Position numbers and translations under genes: made by a program
Shown: positions 1 through 11,332 of the stretch, one piece after another
How positions within the stretch are numbered: position 1 is the stretch's first letter
Layout of the letters: each line of letters starts with the position of its first letter
DNA from: Alkanindiges illinoisensis DSM 15370
GTDB lineage: Bacteria; Pseudomonadota; Gammaproteobacteria; Pseudomonadales; Moraxellaceae
DNA length: 32,000 nucleotides
Assembly: GCF_000619845.1 (NCBI RefSeq)
Contig: NZ_JHUX01000010.1
Location: 52,292 to 84,291 of the forward strand
Reading direction: 5' to 3'
The notes under the pieces: generated by a model
What the model saw: the letters and a program-made list of their open reading frames with translations, nothing else
The model's database searches: none
Told to the model about the DNA's origin: nothing

Positions 1-147
1 TGGAATACCGCACGCCGGCCTAAGCGGATTGGGAGAGCCAGACTGGTTTACTCAGGCTGATTTTCTAATCATAGACCTTGCCATTGTTGCGCTGCAATGA
101 TGGCATTTTTGTTTTACCATTTCCGATTTAAACGTTAGCCCTTTTGA

Positions 148-2238
<2,091 letters not shown>

Positions 2239-2449
2239 ATAAAATTCTTCAAAATTAGCTCAATATTTATTTACAAAGTAGATACATTGAGGTTGGTTAT
2301 AGTAGTTAAATTCATGGTTAAAACACTATGGATAAATCTAGTAGAAACACTGGTATTAAAGGATTTCACGGTTACAAAAATGGCCGGATAAATTGTAAAT
2401 TACAGATGTATTAATCTTGTAATTGGATATAATCTCGCCAATTAGTAAG

Positions 2450-2518
2450 CCCTTGCTGAACTGTAGAACGAACTAGTGAATCTGTTTGTTTTGTCTACGC
2501 ATCAGCAGGGGTTTTTCT
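2450..2518 (+). terminator. Candidate intrinsic terminator or 3' end of a small transcript in the ligA-MFS spacer
   Basis: CCCTTGCTGA (2450-2459) pairs with TCAGCAGGGG (2502-2511) with one T:G wobble, and a T5 run follows (2512-2516). The 42-nt loop is long for a terminator. It lies about 210 nt after the ligA stop. Confidence 0.4.
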
Positions 2519-2592
2519 ATTGGCTAGGCGTGTAGGAGCACTACCGATTAGCCGGGCAACTGGTCTTTTTTTAATGGTGGTGACACGCAACT

Positions 2593-3801
2593 ATGTTACT
2601 GTTTAGAACTGCTGACGTTGACAATACAACTCTCTTAAGTGCGCAACGGGTTTCAACCCGCCTGAATTTCTTTGCGCTGGGTTTTGGCACAGCGGCGTGG
2701 GCGCCACTGGTTCCTTTTGCCCAGCAACGACTGCATCTCAATCATGCTGATTTTGGCCTGCTGTTATTGTGTGCCGGGATTGGTTCCATGGTGGCCATGC
2801 CTGCCACTGGGGCACTGGTTCAGCGTGTTGGCTGCCGCGTGCTGATTGGCTTTGCCCTGCTGTTATTGCTGGCTGTATTGCCGGGGCTAACCATCTGGAA
2901 TACGTTGCTGATGATGGCGATTTCGCTGTTCCTGTTTGGCGTTGCCGCAGGCAGTTTTGGCGTTGCCCTTAATCTTCAGGCGGTTATTGTTGAAAAAAAT
3001 AGCCTGCGTTCATTAATGTCCAGCTTTCATGGCATGTGTAGCCTGGGTGGTCTGGCCGGGGTAATGACCGTTACCTGTTTACTGGCGGCAGGCGTATCGC
3101 CATTGGTCAGTGCTGTTGCCATTAGCATGCTGCTATTAGTCATTAGCATCTTGGCAGTGCCCACCTGTCTGGCAGAAATTGAAAAGGAAGAAGCTACAGA
3201 AGATTCTGCGCCCGAACAGCAAAAAACTGGCTGGAAATTGCCCAACCGGGTCATCCTGATGATTGGCATCATGTGCTTTATTGCCTTTTTGTCTGAAGGC
3301 GCAGCCATGGACTGGAGCGGCATTTACCTGACTTCCAAATATCAGGTGAGCACTGCTTACGCAGGTCTGGCATATACCTTTTTTGCCATTACCATGACAC
3401 TGGGCCGTTTTTCTGGCCGCTATTTGTTGAAATCATTAGGCGAGAAAAACATTGTGTCCTATAGTGCCGCTTGTGCCGCGCTGGGTCTAGTGGTCGTGGT
3501 GACCGCACCGCACTGGTTTGTGGTGCTGCTGGGTTATGCACTGGTGGGTTTTGGCTGTTCCAACATTGTTCCGGTGATGTTTTCCCGGGTTGGCCGCCAG
3601 TCACTCATGCCCAAGGCTGCTGCATTATCCTGTGTTTCAACCATTGCCTATACCGGGTCACTGACTGGCCCGGCGTTAATTGGCATTGTCGGGCAGGCCA
3701 CCAGCTTGACCATTGTATTTACCATCGTTGCTGCCATGCTGCTGGTAATTGCGTTTTTTAACAAGTTTACCCGGGTTGATCCAGTTTCAAACCACACATA
3801 A
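2593..3801 (+). CDS. MFS transporter (YbjJ-like, about 12 TM segments)
   Basis: The 402-aa product is highly hydrophobic and has two six-helix halves separated by a charged loop (AEIEKEEATEDSAPEQQKTGWK). Its size and architecture match E. coli YbjJ-type MFS proteins. The substrate is unknown. Confidence 0.7.
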   Translation: MLLFRTADVDNTTLLSAQRVSTRLNFFALGFGTAAWAPLVPFAQQRLHLNHADFGLLLLCAGIGSMVAMPATGALVQRVGCRVLIGFALLLLLAVLPGLTIWNTLLMMAISLFLFGVAAGSFGVALNLQAVIVEKNSLRSLMSSFHGMCSLGGLAGVMTVTCLLAAGVSPLVSAVAISMLLLVISILAVPTCLAEIEKEEATEDSAPEQQKTGWKLPNRVILMIGIMCFIAFLSEGAAMDWSGIYLTSKYQVSTAYAGLAYTFFAITMTLGRFSGRYLLKSLGEKNIVSYSAACAALGLVVVVTAPHWFVVLLGYALVGFGCSNIVPVMFSRVGRQSLMPKAAALSCVSTIAYTGSLTGPALIGIVGQATSLTIVFTIVAAMLLVIAFFNKFTRVDPVSNHT

Positions 3802-3821
3802 TTTAGCCCTCAAAAATTAAA

Positions 3822-3873
3822 ACGGGGCAAACTAGCTTGTTAAAACAGTAGCTGGTTTGCCCCGTATTTTTTT
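3822..3873. terminator. Bidirectional rho-independent terminator between the convergent MFS gene and otsA
   Basis: ACGGGGCAAAC (3822-3832) pairs with GTTTGCCCCGT (3855-3865). A T7 run follows on the + strand (3867-3873) and an A-rich run precedes it, which reads as TTTTAATTTTT on the - strand. Confidence 0.8.
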
Positions 3874-3943
3874 AAGCATGTCAAAGCCATGTTGGCGATA
3901 TTATAGAAGTAACAGAAGCTAAGGCTGCTTTGCTTTCTTATAA

Positions 3944-4040
3944 TAGACTTCTTTCATAACCCCCTATGTTCCTCCTGAGAAGCACTGCTTCGCAAGAGGG
4001 GGAATTTAAAGGGGTGAAAACTAGTTATGAAAGAAGTCTA
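3944..4040. repeat. Long palindromic element with 17-bp perfect terminal inverted repeats
   Basis: TAGACTTCTTTCATAAC (3944-3960) is the exact reverse complement of GTTATGAAAGAAGTCTA (4024-4040). The 63-nt interior pairs further: CCCC/GGGG, CCTC/GAGG and GAAG-cactg-CTTC. The right arm ends 9 nt from the otsA stop codon (4050-4052). Confidence 0.8.
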
Positions 4041-4049
4041 ACAACTTTC

Positions 4050-5504
4050 CTATAACAACTGATACGCGGTATTGACTGCCCGCATGGGCTGTTTAAAATT
4101 TTCCAGTTGATGGTTTTTGCGCAAGTCACTCAAAAACTGGTTGCGCCAGTCATTAATATCAAAGGTGGTTAAACCCTGCATCAATTGCTGGTAGCGTTCC
4201 AGCCGTTCCTGTAGGGGCATTTCTACCGCAATTTTTAAGGCATTAACCATATCCTGTGTATCGGTGGGGTCAACAATGAGCGCCTGCTGCATTTGTTCGG
4301 CTGCACCCGCATATTTGGACAAAATCAGCACGCCGGGATTTTCCGGATCCTGGGCGGCAATATATTCCTTGGCCACCAGATTCATGCCATCGCGCAGGGA
4401 ACTAATCCAGCAAATATCGGTCAGGCGATATAGACCCATCAGGGTTTCATGCGGCACCACTTCATTGGTGCAGTCAATCGGCAGCCAGTCATGCTGGGCA
4501 AAGGTGTCATTAATTTTTTCTACGGTTTGATTGACCTGCCGGAACAGGCGCTGGTAGGCCAGAATATCCATGCGGCAAGGGCAGGCAATTTGCAGCTCGG
4601 TGATACGCCGGTGATATTGCGGATACTGCTGCAAAAACTCGGCAAAGGCATCAAAACGTTCCAGAATTCCCTTAGAATAATCAATGCGATCCACGCCAAT
4701 AATGGTTTTCTGGTGCTTTAGCGCTTTTAAATCAAACACATCCTGCCGGTCATTGGCATGTTTTTTTGCCACTTGCTGAATCTGAGCAGGGTTAATACCA
4801 ATCGGGTAGCATTTAATGGTAGTAATGCGTTGCTGGTAACTCACCAGTGAATGCTGGATTTTTTGCGCCTTCAGCAAGGTGGTGCAGGCCTGCATACACA
4901 GGGTCTGGTCATAATCGGTTTGCAGGCCCACCAGATCGTAATGGCATAAGTCCTGAACCAGACGCTCAGCTGTTGGAATGCATTTCCAGATGGAAAGTGG
5001 TGCAAATGGAATATGCAGGAAAAAGCCAATCTTGTTATTCATGCCCAGTTCACGGCAATAGCGCGCCACGCTAAAGAAATGGTAGTCATGTATCCAGATC
5101 ACATCATCTGGCTGGGCAATGGCTTTAAGCTGCTGGGCAAATAGCGCATTTACCTGCTGATAGGTATCAAACTCGGCCTGATTATATTCAATCAGATCCT
5201 GCCGTTCATGCATGGCTGGCCACAAGGTGTTGTTGGCAAACCCGCAATAATACTGGTCATACTGTTGCTGGGTGAGTGGGCAGGTCAGGTATTCAATTTT
5301 GCCATCTATAATTTTTCCAAACTGCGGCTTTGCTGCTGTATGGTCTGTTTGAATATTGTCGCTAACAATTTCACCATTCCAGCCCAGCCAGGTGCCACCT
5401 TTTTCCGTTAGCGCATCCTGTAAAGCCACAGCAAGGCCACCTGCAGCAGGCTTGTCAGGATTGGGCAGGCTCACCCGGTTGGACAATACAATTAGTTTGG
5501 ACAT
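4050..5504 (-). CDS. otsA: Trehalose-6-phosphate synthase OtsA (GT20)
   Basis: The N-terminus MSKLIVLSNRVSLP matches E. coli OtsA MSRLVVVSNRI, and the rest is GT20-like (GFFLHIPFP-type motif FFLHIPFAP, VGVDRIDYSKG). I chose ATG 5504 because GGAG sits 7 nt upstream; the ORF track extends to 5534. Confidence 0.93.
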   Translation of the reverse strand: MSKLIVLSNRVSLPNPDKPAAGGLAVALQDALTEKGGTWLGWNGEIVSDNIQTDHTAAKPQFGKIIDGKIEYLTCPLTQQQYDQYYCGFANNTLWPAMHERQDLIEYNQAEFDTYQQVNALFAQQLKAIAQPDDVIWIHDYHFFSVARYCRELGMNNKIGFFLHIPFAPLSIWKCIPTAERLVQDLCHYDLVGLQTDYDQTLCMQACTTLLKAQKIQHSLVSYQQRITTIKCYPIGINPAQIQQVAKKHANDRQDVFDLKALKHQKTIIGVDRIDYSKGILERFDAFAEFLQQYPQYHRRITELQIACPCRMDILAYQRLFRQVNQTVEKINDTFAQHDWLPIDCTNEVVPHETLMGLYRLTDICWISSLRDGMNLVAKEYIAAQDPENPGVLILSKYAGAAEQMQQALIVDPTDTQDMVNALKIAVEMPLQERLERYQQLMQGLTTFDINDWRNQFLSDLRKNHQLENFKQPMRAVNTAYQLL

Positions 5505-6445
5505 GTTTCTTCTCCATATTGTTCCCGTGTGCAACTGGTCACTGCATTATTGGCAGCACGGCAAGGCAAAAACTGGTGAAACTGAGCTAAAAACGCTGCA
5601 ACTGCAGAAGTATCTTTGAGACGGTATTGGGCATCGGTAGGCCCACTTCCCACCTTGATGCTCATCCCCTGTTGTGCATTGACTGCCTTAAAACCGGATT
5701 CATCGGTAATATCATCGCCAATAAATATTGGTGTAATGGAATTAAGTTCCAGATGGGCCAGAATAGTCTGGATGGCATGACCTTTGTCTGCCTGTATTGG
5801 CAGGATTTCCACCACACACTTGCCATGATTCAGCTTCATTTGCGGATAACTGACCAGTAACTGCTGCATGATGTCATGGGCAACCGGCTCCAGTTCAGGG
5901 CACTGACGATAGTGCAGGGCAAAAGAATGCTGTTTATCTTCCAAGAGCAATCTGGGATATTCAGTGCAGGCATGCTGGAGTGCCTGTTTTAAGCGGTCAA
6001 AATCAATACTGCTTAAATCCGGACTTAGACGGGTATGACTGTCCAGTACAATATCCAGACCGTGCAAACCTGCAATTGGCAACGTCATTGATTGAAACAG
6101 CTGCTGTGCTATCTGAATCTGTCGGCCAGTTACTGCAATTATCGGCACCTGACAGCGCTGAATAGCTTTAATGGCTGCCAGCGTATCATCAGGGATAAAG
6201 CTTTGTTCAGGATTATCACAAAAATCAGCCAGCGTGCCATCAATGTCCAGAAACAGGCAGTAGGAGTTAGATGTTGCCTGAAGCTGTTGGATTAGCTCGG
6301 CTGGCTCATTAAAACAAACTTTGCTAAAAACAGGGTCTTGGCTAGTAGGTACCTGATCCAGCGCCAGATGATGGATGGCATCTTGGGGTGAATCTTCAAA
6401 ATTTTGATTTTCAGCGTTTTGCTCGTTAAGTGATTGGCTGGTCAT
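5492..6445 (-). CDS. otsB: Trehalose-6-phosphate phosphatase OtsB (HAD-IIB) with an N-terminal extension
   Basis: HAD motif I is present (LFLDIDGTLADF), followed by AVTGR and GDDITDE motifs. I chose ATG 6445 because GAGGG sits 7 nt upstream; the ORF track start is 6481. The 3' end overlaps the otsA start by 13 nt, which is consistent with an otsBA operon. Confidence 0.88.
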   Translation of the reverse strand: MTSQSLNEQNAENQNFEDSPQDAIHHLALDQVPTSQDPVFSKVCFNEPAELIQQLQATSNSYCLFLDIDGTLADFCDNPEQSFIPDDTLAAIKAIQRCQVPIIAVTGRQIQIAQQLFQSMTLPIAGLHGLDIVLDSHTRLSPDLSSIDFDRLKQALQHACTEYPRLLLEDKQHSFALHYRQCPELEPVAHDIMQQLLVSYPQMKLNHGKCVVEILPIQADKGHAIQTILAHLELNSITPIFIGDDITDESGFKAVNAQQGMSIKVGSGPTDAQYRLKDTSAVAAFLAQFHQFLPCRAANNAVTSCTREQYGEETCPN

Positions 6446-6964
6446 TCTAGTACCCTCGGCTAGGCCTTTTTTTAGCATCAAAATTCATGGTTTGGCCGAA
6501 ATTTATTATTTGCACTACATAATATTAAGTTTTTACACATAAATTTTTCACAATATTACGTATAAGGTTGCTTGAATTAATTCCCCAGTTTTTATAGTTA
6601 AAATAATAAGCTGATATTTATGCTTTTTTTGGTCCTCATATTATTGGGAATAATATATTTATACGTGAATAGACTTATTTTAGATTTACCTTTAATGACC
6701 GGATATTACCCCTGACTCTAATATCCTGATACTTGGTACTGCGTTTAAGCTTTTTTTGTAAAAGCAGTATATGAACTGGCGCACTGAAGTTAAACCATTT
6801 GTCCCAAAATGTAGCTTTAAAACAAGGTGTTATGTCATCAAAAAATAGTGCAAATGCGTATGCTTCTCATTTTTAGTTGTTAAAAATCATAAACTTACAC
6901 AATTATTCGCTTTGAAAAAATAATAGGCTGCGTCATAATGATTCCAGTTTTGAGGAGAAACATC

Positions 6965-7435
6965 ATGCGCGGCGATACCGAAGTCATTAATTATCTGAAT
7001 ATGCTGATTGGCGGCGAACTTGCTGCGCGTGACCAGTACCTGATTCATTCCCGTATGTATGAAGACTGGGGCCTGCATAAGCTTTACGAACGGCTCGACC
7101 ATGAATCCCAGGAAGAGGGTGGCCATGCCGATGCACTGATTCGCCGGGTATTGTTTCTGGATGGCACACCGGATATGTCGCGTGATAGCCTGAATATTGG
7201 CACCGATGTGATTTCCTGCCTTGAAGCCGACCTTGCGCTGGAATACAAAGTGCGTAAGGATCTGGCCAAAGGCGTGCAATTGTGTGAAGCCAGGGGTGAT
7301 TATGTCAGTCGCGACATGCTGCGAGCCCAAATGGCCGATACTGAGGAAGACCATACCTACTGGCTGGAAAAACAGCTGGGTCTGATCAAGAAAATTGGCT
7401 TGCCGAATTATTTACAGTCGCAGATGGGCGTTTAA
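6965..7435 (+). CDS. bfr: Bacterioferritin
   Basis: [25 protein letters not shown] closely matches E. coli Bfr [25 protein letters not shown]. The product is 156 aa. GAGGAG sits 7 nt upstream of ATG 6965; the ORF track start 6938 is rejected. Confidence 0.95.
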   Translation: MRGDTEVINYLNMLIGGELAARDQYLIHSRMYEDWGLHKLYERLDHESQEEGGHADALIRRVLFLDGTPDMSRDSLNIGTDVISCLEADLALEYKVRKDLAKGVQLCEARGDYVSRDMLRAQMADTEEDHTYWLEKQLGLIKKIGLPNYLQSQMGV

Positions 7436-7467
7436 ATTAATTTAATCGTTAAATAATTTCAATTTAT

Positions 7468-7501
7468 AAAAAAGCCCAGTTTAATTGGACTGGGCTTTTT
7501 T
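7468..7501. terminator. Bidirectional rho-independent terminator between the convergent bfr and rluB
   Basis: GCCCAGT (7474-7480) pairs with ACTGGGC (7489-7495). An A run precedes the stem and a T6 run follows it. Confidence 0.8.
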
Positions 7502-7517
7502 ATTTCAACATCAAGAA

Positions 7518-8378
7518 TTATTTCACGCTGGTATCGCGCTTTTGCTGGCGCAGAAAACCACCACGGCGCGCAGGTAATGGATTTTCCACCTGACGCTCGG
7601 CACGACGCTTGGCCATGCCATACAGCCCAGTGCCAACCCGAGGCTTAAGCTCAACAGTTTTCACCAGATTATCAATATCATGCTTGTCCAGTTCTACCCA
7701 GCGCCCGGTACGCAACTCGCGCGGCAAAATCACCGAACCGTAGCGGGTACGCAGTAGACGGCTGACCTTTAGACCCTGTGATTCAAATAGGCGACGTACT
7801 TCGCGGTTACGGCCTTCTTTAACCACCACCTGATACCAGCGGTTAATGCCTTCACCACCAATTTCGCTAAACGATTCAAACTTGGCCGGGCCATCATCCA
7901 GCTCAACACCTGCCAGCAGATTTTTACGCGCCTCAGCAGTAACTTCACCCATCACGCGTACCGCATATTCACGTTCCACTTCATTGGACGGATGCATCAG
8001 GCGGTTGGCCAGCTCGCCATCATTGGTAAACAGCAGCAGGCCGGTACTGTTAATATCCAGACGACCTACCATCACCCAGCGGTCATTGGCAATTTGCGGC
8101 AGATGTTCAAACACTGTCGGGCGGCCTTCGGGATCATTGCGTGAACAGATTTCACCTTCAGGCTTATAGTACACCAGCACCCGGCGGCGTACTTCATCTT
8201 CCAGCTGGAACTGAACTTTACGGCCATCAATACGCAGCTCGTCACCCGGTTCAATACGTTCACCCACCTGGGCAATGCGACCATTGACGCTGACACGTCC
8301 GGCAGCAATGACTTCTTCCATATAGCGGCGTGACCCCAGGCCAATTCTGGCCAGTACTTTTTGTAACTTTTCACTCAT
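7518..8378 (-). CDS. rluB: 23S rRNA pseudouridine(2605) synthase RluB
   Basis: It has an N-terminal S4 domain (KLQKVLARIGLGSRR), the RsuA/RluB catalytic motif GRLDINSTGLLLFTNDGEL, and a basic C-terminal tail. ATG 8378 is preferred over the GTG at 8387. Confidence 0.88.
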   Translation of the reverse strand: MSEKLQKVLARIGLGSRRYMEEVIAAGRVSVNGRIAQVGERIEPGDELRIDGRKVQFQLEDEVRRRVLVYYKPEGEICSRNDPEGRPTVFEHLPQIANDRWVMVGRLDINSTGLLLFTNDGELANRLMHPSNEVEREYAVRVMGEVTAEARKNLLAGVELDDGPAKFESFSEIGGEGINRWYQVVVKEGRNREVRRLFESQGLKVSRLLRTRYGSVILPRELRTGRWVELDKHDIDNLVKTVELKPRVGTGLYGMAKRRAERQVENPLPARRGGFLRQQKRDTSVK

Positions 8379-8439
8379 AGCAAACACAACCTTAATAAAA
8401 AAACCGCTTTAACCACGCTGGTGCATCTGTCTGGGCCTG

Positions 8440-9051
8440 TCACGATAAACTATCGTTAAAGGTATCCAGTACTTCCTTGACATCTTCTAGCGGTGGTAAA
8501 GCTTTTAATGACACGAGGCCAAAAGCATTTAAAAAATGTTTCGTGGTGACCAGCAGGGCAGGTCGCCCCGGGATCTCACGAAAACCGGATTCGGTAATCC
8601 ACTGACGGTCAAACAGTGTTCTTAAAATCTGACTGTTCACGGATACACCACGAATATGTTCAATATCAGCACGGGTTACCGGCTGATGGTAGGCAATCAC
8701 AGCCAGTGTTTCGAGCAGGGCACTCGATAGTCGCACCGGACGTTCAGGCCAGACTTTGGCAATCAGGCTGCTGTAATGTTCACGCACCTGAAAGCGATAA
8801 CCCTGCGCCGTTTCAATCAGTTCAATGGCACGGTTGTTCTGGCGTGCAGCCAGCAGTTCCAGCCACTGTTTGATTTGTGTAGCACTAATACTGTCATCAA
8901 AGGCCTGCCTGAGCTGGGCGATATTAACCGGCCCTTCACTGGCAAAAATCAGGGCTTCCAGCCGCAGCAGGGCATCATCAATAATGTTGACTGGATGATG
9001 CGCGCCAGGCTGCAACAATGCTGGATGAATGGGGTCGGAATCAGGCAGCAT
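8440..9051 (-). CDS. scpB: Segregation and condensation protein B (ScpB)
   Basis: The product shows ScpB winged-helix signatures (LEALIFASEGPV, LLETLAVIAYHQPVTRADIEHIRGV, GRPALLVTTKHFLNAFGL). ATG 9051 overlaps the scpA 3' end by 11 nt. The ORF track start 9108 is possible but less likely. Confidence 0.85.
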   Translation of the reverse strand: MLPDSDPIHPALLQPGAHHPVNIIDDALLRLEALIFASEGPVNIAQLRQAFDDSISATQIKQWLELLAARQNNRAIELIETAQGYRFQVREHYSSLIAKVWPERPVRLSSALLETLAVIAYHQPVTRADIEHIRGVSVNSQILRTLFDRQWITESGFREIPGRPALLVTTKHFLNAFGLVSLKALPPLEDVKEVLDTFNDSLS

Positions 9052-9847
9052 GGCTGTGCCGTCCTTCAACCTTAAGCGGCTGTTCAATGCCAGAGCCACG
9101 GATTTCAAGCTCGCCCTGACGTACCAGCTCCAGCACCGCCATAAAGGTCACCACAATACCCATGTGACCTTGCGCCGGATTAACCAGTTGGTGAAACGAC
9201 ATCACGCCACCCTGCATTGCCATGTGACGGATAAAATCAATGCGTTCTTCCAGCTGTACCGGCTCTACTTCCACCTGATGGCTTTGCAGACGCGGACGCT
9301 TGAGCAGCAGGGTCATGGCTTCATGCAACAGGCTAGCATCAAATTGTTCATCATCCTGCGCGTAAACAGCAGCCACTGTGCTGTTGGCATCAAATACATC
9401 GCGTTCCAGAATCTGGCAGGCACTCAGCCATAGGGCGCCCTGCTTCACCTTGGCGTAGTTTTGCAGTCGGCTGAGCAAATCCTGACGCGGGTCATCTTCG
9501 GGTTTGGCAATCTGCGGTTTGGGTAACAGCAGGCGTGACTTGATATCCGCCAGGGACGCTGCCATCACCATATAATCAGCGGCCAGTTCAATATTGAGTG
9601 CTTTCATGCCCTGAATATAATGCAGGTACTGGGTAGCAATAGGTGCAATGTCCAGTGTCACCAGATTCAGGCCATTTTTATGGACAAGATAAAGTAAGAA
9701 GTCCAGCGGCCCTTCAAAGTATTCCAGCAAAATCTGGAACGCCTCAGGCGGGATATACAGGTCATCCGGGATCTGGGAAAACCACTCATCATGAATACGG
9801 GCAACCGTAGGCTGAGCAGGTTCACCAGCAATTTGTTGTTGGTTCAT
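9041..9847 (-). CDS. scpA: Segregation and condensation protein A (ScpA)
   Basis: DLYIPPEAFQILLEYFEGPLDFLLYLVHKNGLNLVTLDIAPI is the typical ScpA N-terminal region. It sits immediately upstream of scpB. The start is uncertain: ATG 9847 or TTG 9874. Confidence 0.85.
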   Translation of the reverse strand: MNQQQIAGEPAQPTVARIHDEWFSQIPDDLYIPPEAFQILLEYFEGPLDFLLYLVHKNGLNLVTLDIAPIATQYLHYIQGMKALNIELAADYMVMAASLADIKSRLLLPKPQIAKPEDDPRQDLLSRLQNYAKVKQGALWLSACQILERDVFDANSTVAAVYAQDDEQFDASLLHEAMTLLLKRPRLQSHQVEVEPVQLEERIDFIRHMAMQGGVMSFHQLVNPAQGHMGIVVTFMAVLELVRQGELEIRGSGIEQPLKVEGRHSHAA

Positions 9848-10134
9848 GTAATTAGGCCACGCGAATTTATACAAAAGGCATGAAAAATAGTTACCATCAT
9901 CTGAGCAATAACAGTGCGCAGAGCTGCCTACTTCACAAAATAATAAGCGCTACAAAAAAACTGTATTAAGCTTTTTTCAGTGAAAGTCAACAGGCGCGAT
10001 TAAAGAGCACTTTCTATGCCAACTTCTTATTTTTACAAAAATTGACAGTTTTGCGCTCGTAATGAGAGGATTGTACAGCAAAGCAGCCGTTTAAGTGTGA
10101 ACGATCAGTCAGTTTGCAAATTATCTTATTTATT

Positions 10135-10184
10135 GAAAAACAACGTTCAGCCTGCTGGAAAAATCATGCCAGACAGGCTGAACG
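10135..10184 (-). terminator. Rho-independent terminator of yciO
   Basis: CGTTCAGCCTG (10144-10154) is the perfect complement of CAGGCTGAACG (10174-10184). An inner CTGG/CCAG extension adds to the stem. On the - strand the hairpin is followed by TTGTTTTTC. It lies about 40 nt downstream of the yciO stop. Confidence 0.8.
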
Positions 10185-10226
10185 AGACGTATACAACCAG
10201 ACAGAACAGTTTATTTAAAATTTTAA

Positions 10227-10850
10227 TTATGCGAATGCGCTCACATTTCCCATGCCCTCACGCACCACAACCGGATAATCACCTGATAAATCAATGATAC
10301 TGGTCACGCCACGGCTACATACGCCACCATCAATAAACAGCTCAATTTGCTTGCCCAGTTGCATTTCAATATCGTAGGGATCGTCAAATGGCAGGTCCTG
10401 CCCCGGCAAAATCAGGGTACTGGTGAGTAGCGGTTCATTCAGTTCTTCCAGCAATGCCTGGCAAATTGGATTGGTCGGAATACGAATACCAATGGTTTTT
10501 TTCTTGGGATGTAACAGGCGACGTGGTACTTCACTGGTGGCTGGCAGAATAAAAGTACAGATACTGGGGGTATTGGCCTTCAATAAACGGTATGTACTGT
10601 TGTCTACCTTGGCATAAGTGGCAATATCGGACAAATCCCGACACAAAATGGCATATTGGTGCTGCGCGGGTAAGCGACGAATTTGGCCAATTTTTTCCAT
10701 TGCAGCTTTGTCACCGATATGACAGCCAATCGCATAACAGGCATCAGTGGGATAAACCGCCACATCACCGGCATGGATGCGGTCAACGGCCTGCTGAATC
10801 AGGCGTGGTTGCGGGTTATCCGGATGAATACGTAAATGCAGCATGTTCAT
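10227..10850 (-). CDS. yciO: YciO, a YrdC/Sua5-family (threonylcarbamoyl-AMP synthase-like) protein
   Basis: The 207-aa product is collinear with remembered E. coli YciO: IHPDNPQ.RLI.QAV, VYPTD..YA.GC, MCRDLS, NTP...TFIL, EVPRRLL, KKTIG.R.P, PVVVREG.G. Confidence 0.85.
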   Translation of the reverse strand: MNMLHLRIHPDNPQPRLIQQAVDRIHAGDVAVYPTDACYAIGCHIGDKAAMEKIGQIRRLPAQHQYAILCRDLSDIATYAKVDNSTYRLLKANTPSICTFILPATSEVPRRLLHPKKKTIGIRIPTNPICQALLEELNEPLLTSTLILPGQDLPFDDPYDIEMQLGKQIELFIDGGVCSRGVTSIIDLSGDYPVVVREGMGNVSAFA

Positions 10851-11277
10851 GTTCCTTATTGTTCAATTAAAACACGCCCATGAAGTGGTGTTTTGTCACC
10901 TTAGCTTATACCTATATTTAATCTAGGCTATTTTGATTGACTTCACTTTAAAAAATGTAAAATCACTGGCGAATTACTAAAGGATAGGTAATCAGCAGTA
11001 TTGTTGCACAAGATATTCTGCGTTGATCAGCGTATGAAGAGGTTTAATATTTTTTAGATTACGAAGTAAGGCGTTTTAGAGTTTGACCAAGCTGTATTGG
11101 GCTTTTGTTGCTGCTAGGGAACAATAGTTAATACTTCTAGTATGCTGGCGCAAGATGAGATCAGGCAATTTGGTTTTGCTATCCTGTTTAAACTGGCAGC
11201 ATGAGTCCACTGGTCAGGCATTTGGATGTCTGTCCTATGAAAATTTAGCAATAGCGTGTAAAATTATATCTTATTCT

Positions 11278-11306
11278 TTGACAGCGCTCTTACAACTTTG
11301 TAGAAT
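11278..11306 (+). promoter_or_regulatory. Putative sigma70 promoter of the yceD-rpmF operon
   Basis: TTGACA (11278-11283), an exact 17-nt spacer, then TAGAAT (11301-11306). It lies 27 nt upstream of the yceD ATG. Confidence 0.5.
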
Positions 11307-11332
11307 TGCCGCCCTGTATATGTTAGCAAATC

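Noticed and set aside
1-23. A possible 3' end of an upstream + strand gene (…EYRTPA, stop at 21-23), which might be zipA given the common zipA-ligA synteny.
   Set aside because: Seven codons are too few to support any call.
6840-6950. I considered Fur-box-like AT-rich sequences upstream of bfr, for example GCAAATGCGTATGCTTCTC and TCATAATGATTCC.
   Set aside because: The best match is only about 11 of 19 positions to GATAATGATAATCATTATC, which is indistinguishable from background in such AT-rich DNA.
6887-7354. A 155-aa ORF runs antisense to almost the entire bfr gene.
   Set aside because: bfr is unambiguous by homology. The antisense ORF has no SD and no recognisable motif. Its length is most simply explained by codon-bias-driven absence of stop codons opposite a real gene.
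10097-10297. A 66-aa + strand ORF lies in the scpA-yciO spacer.
   Set aside because: It reads straight through the yciO terminator hairpin and into the yciO 3' end on the opposite strand, and it has no SD.
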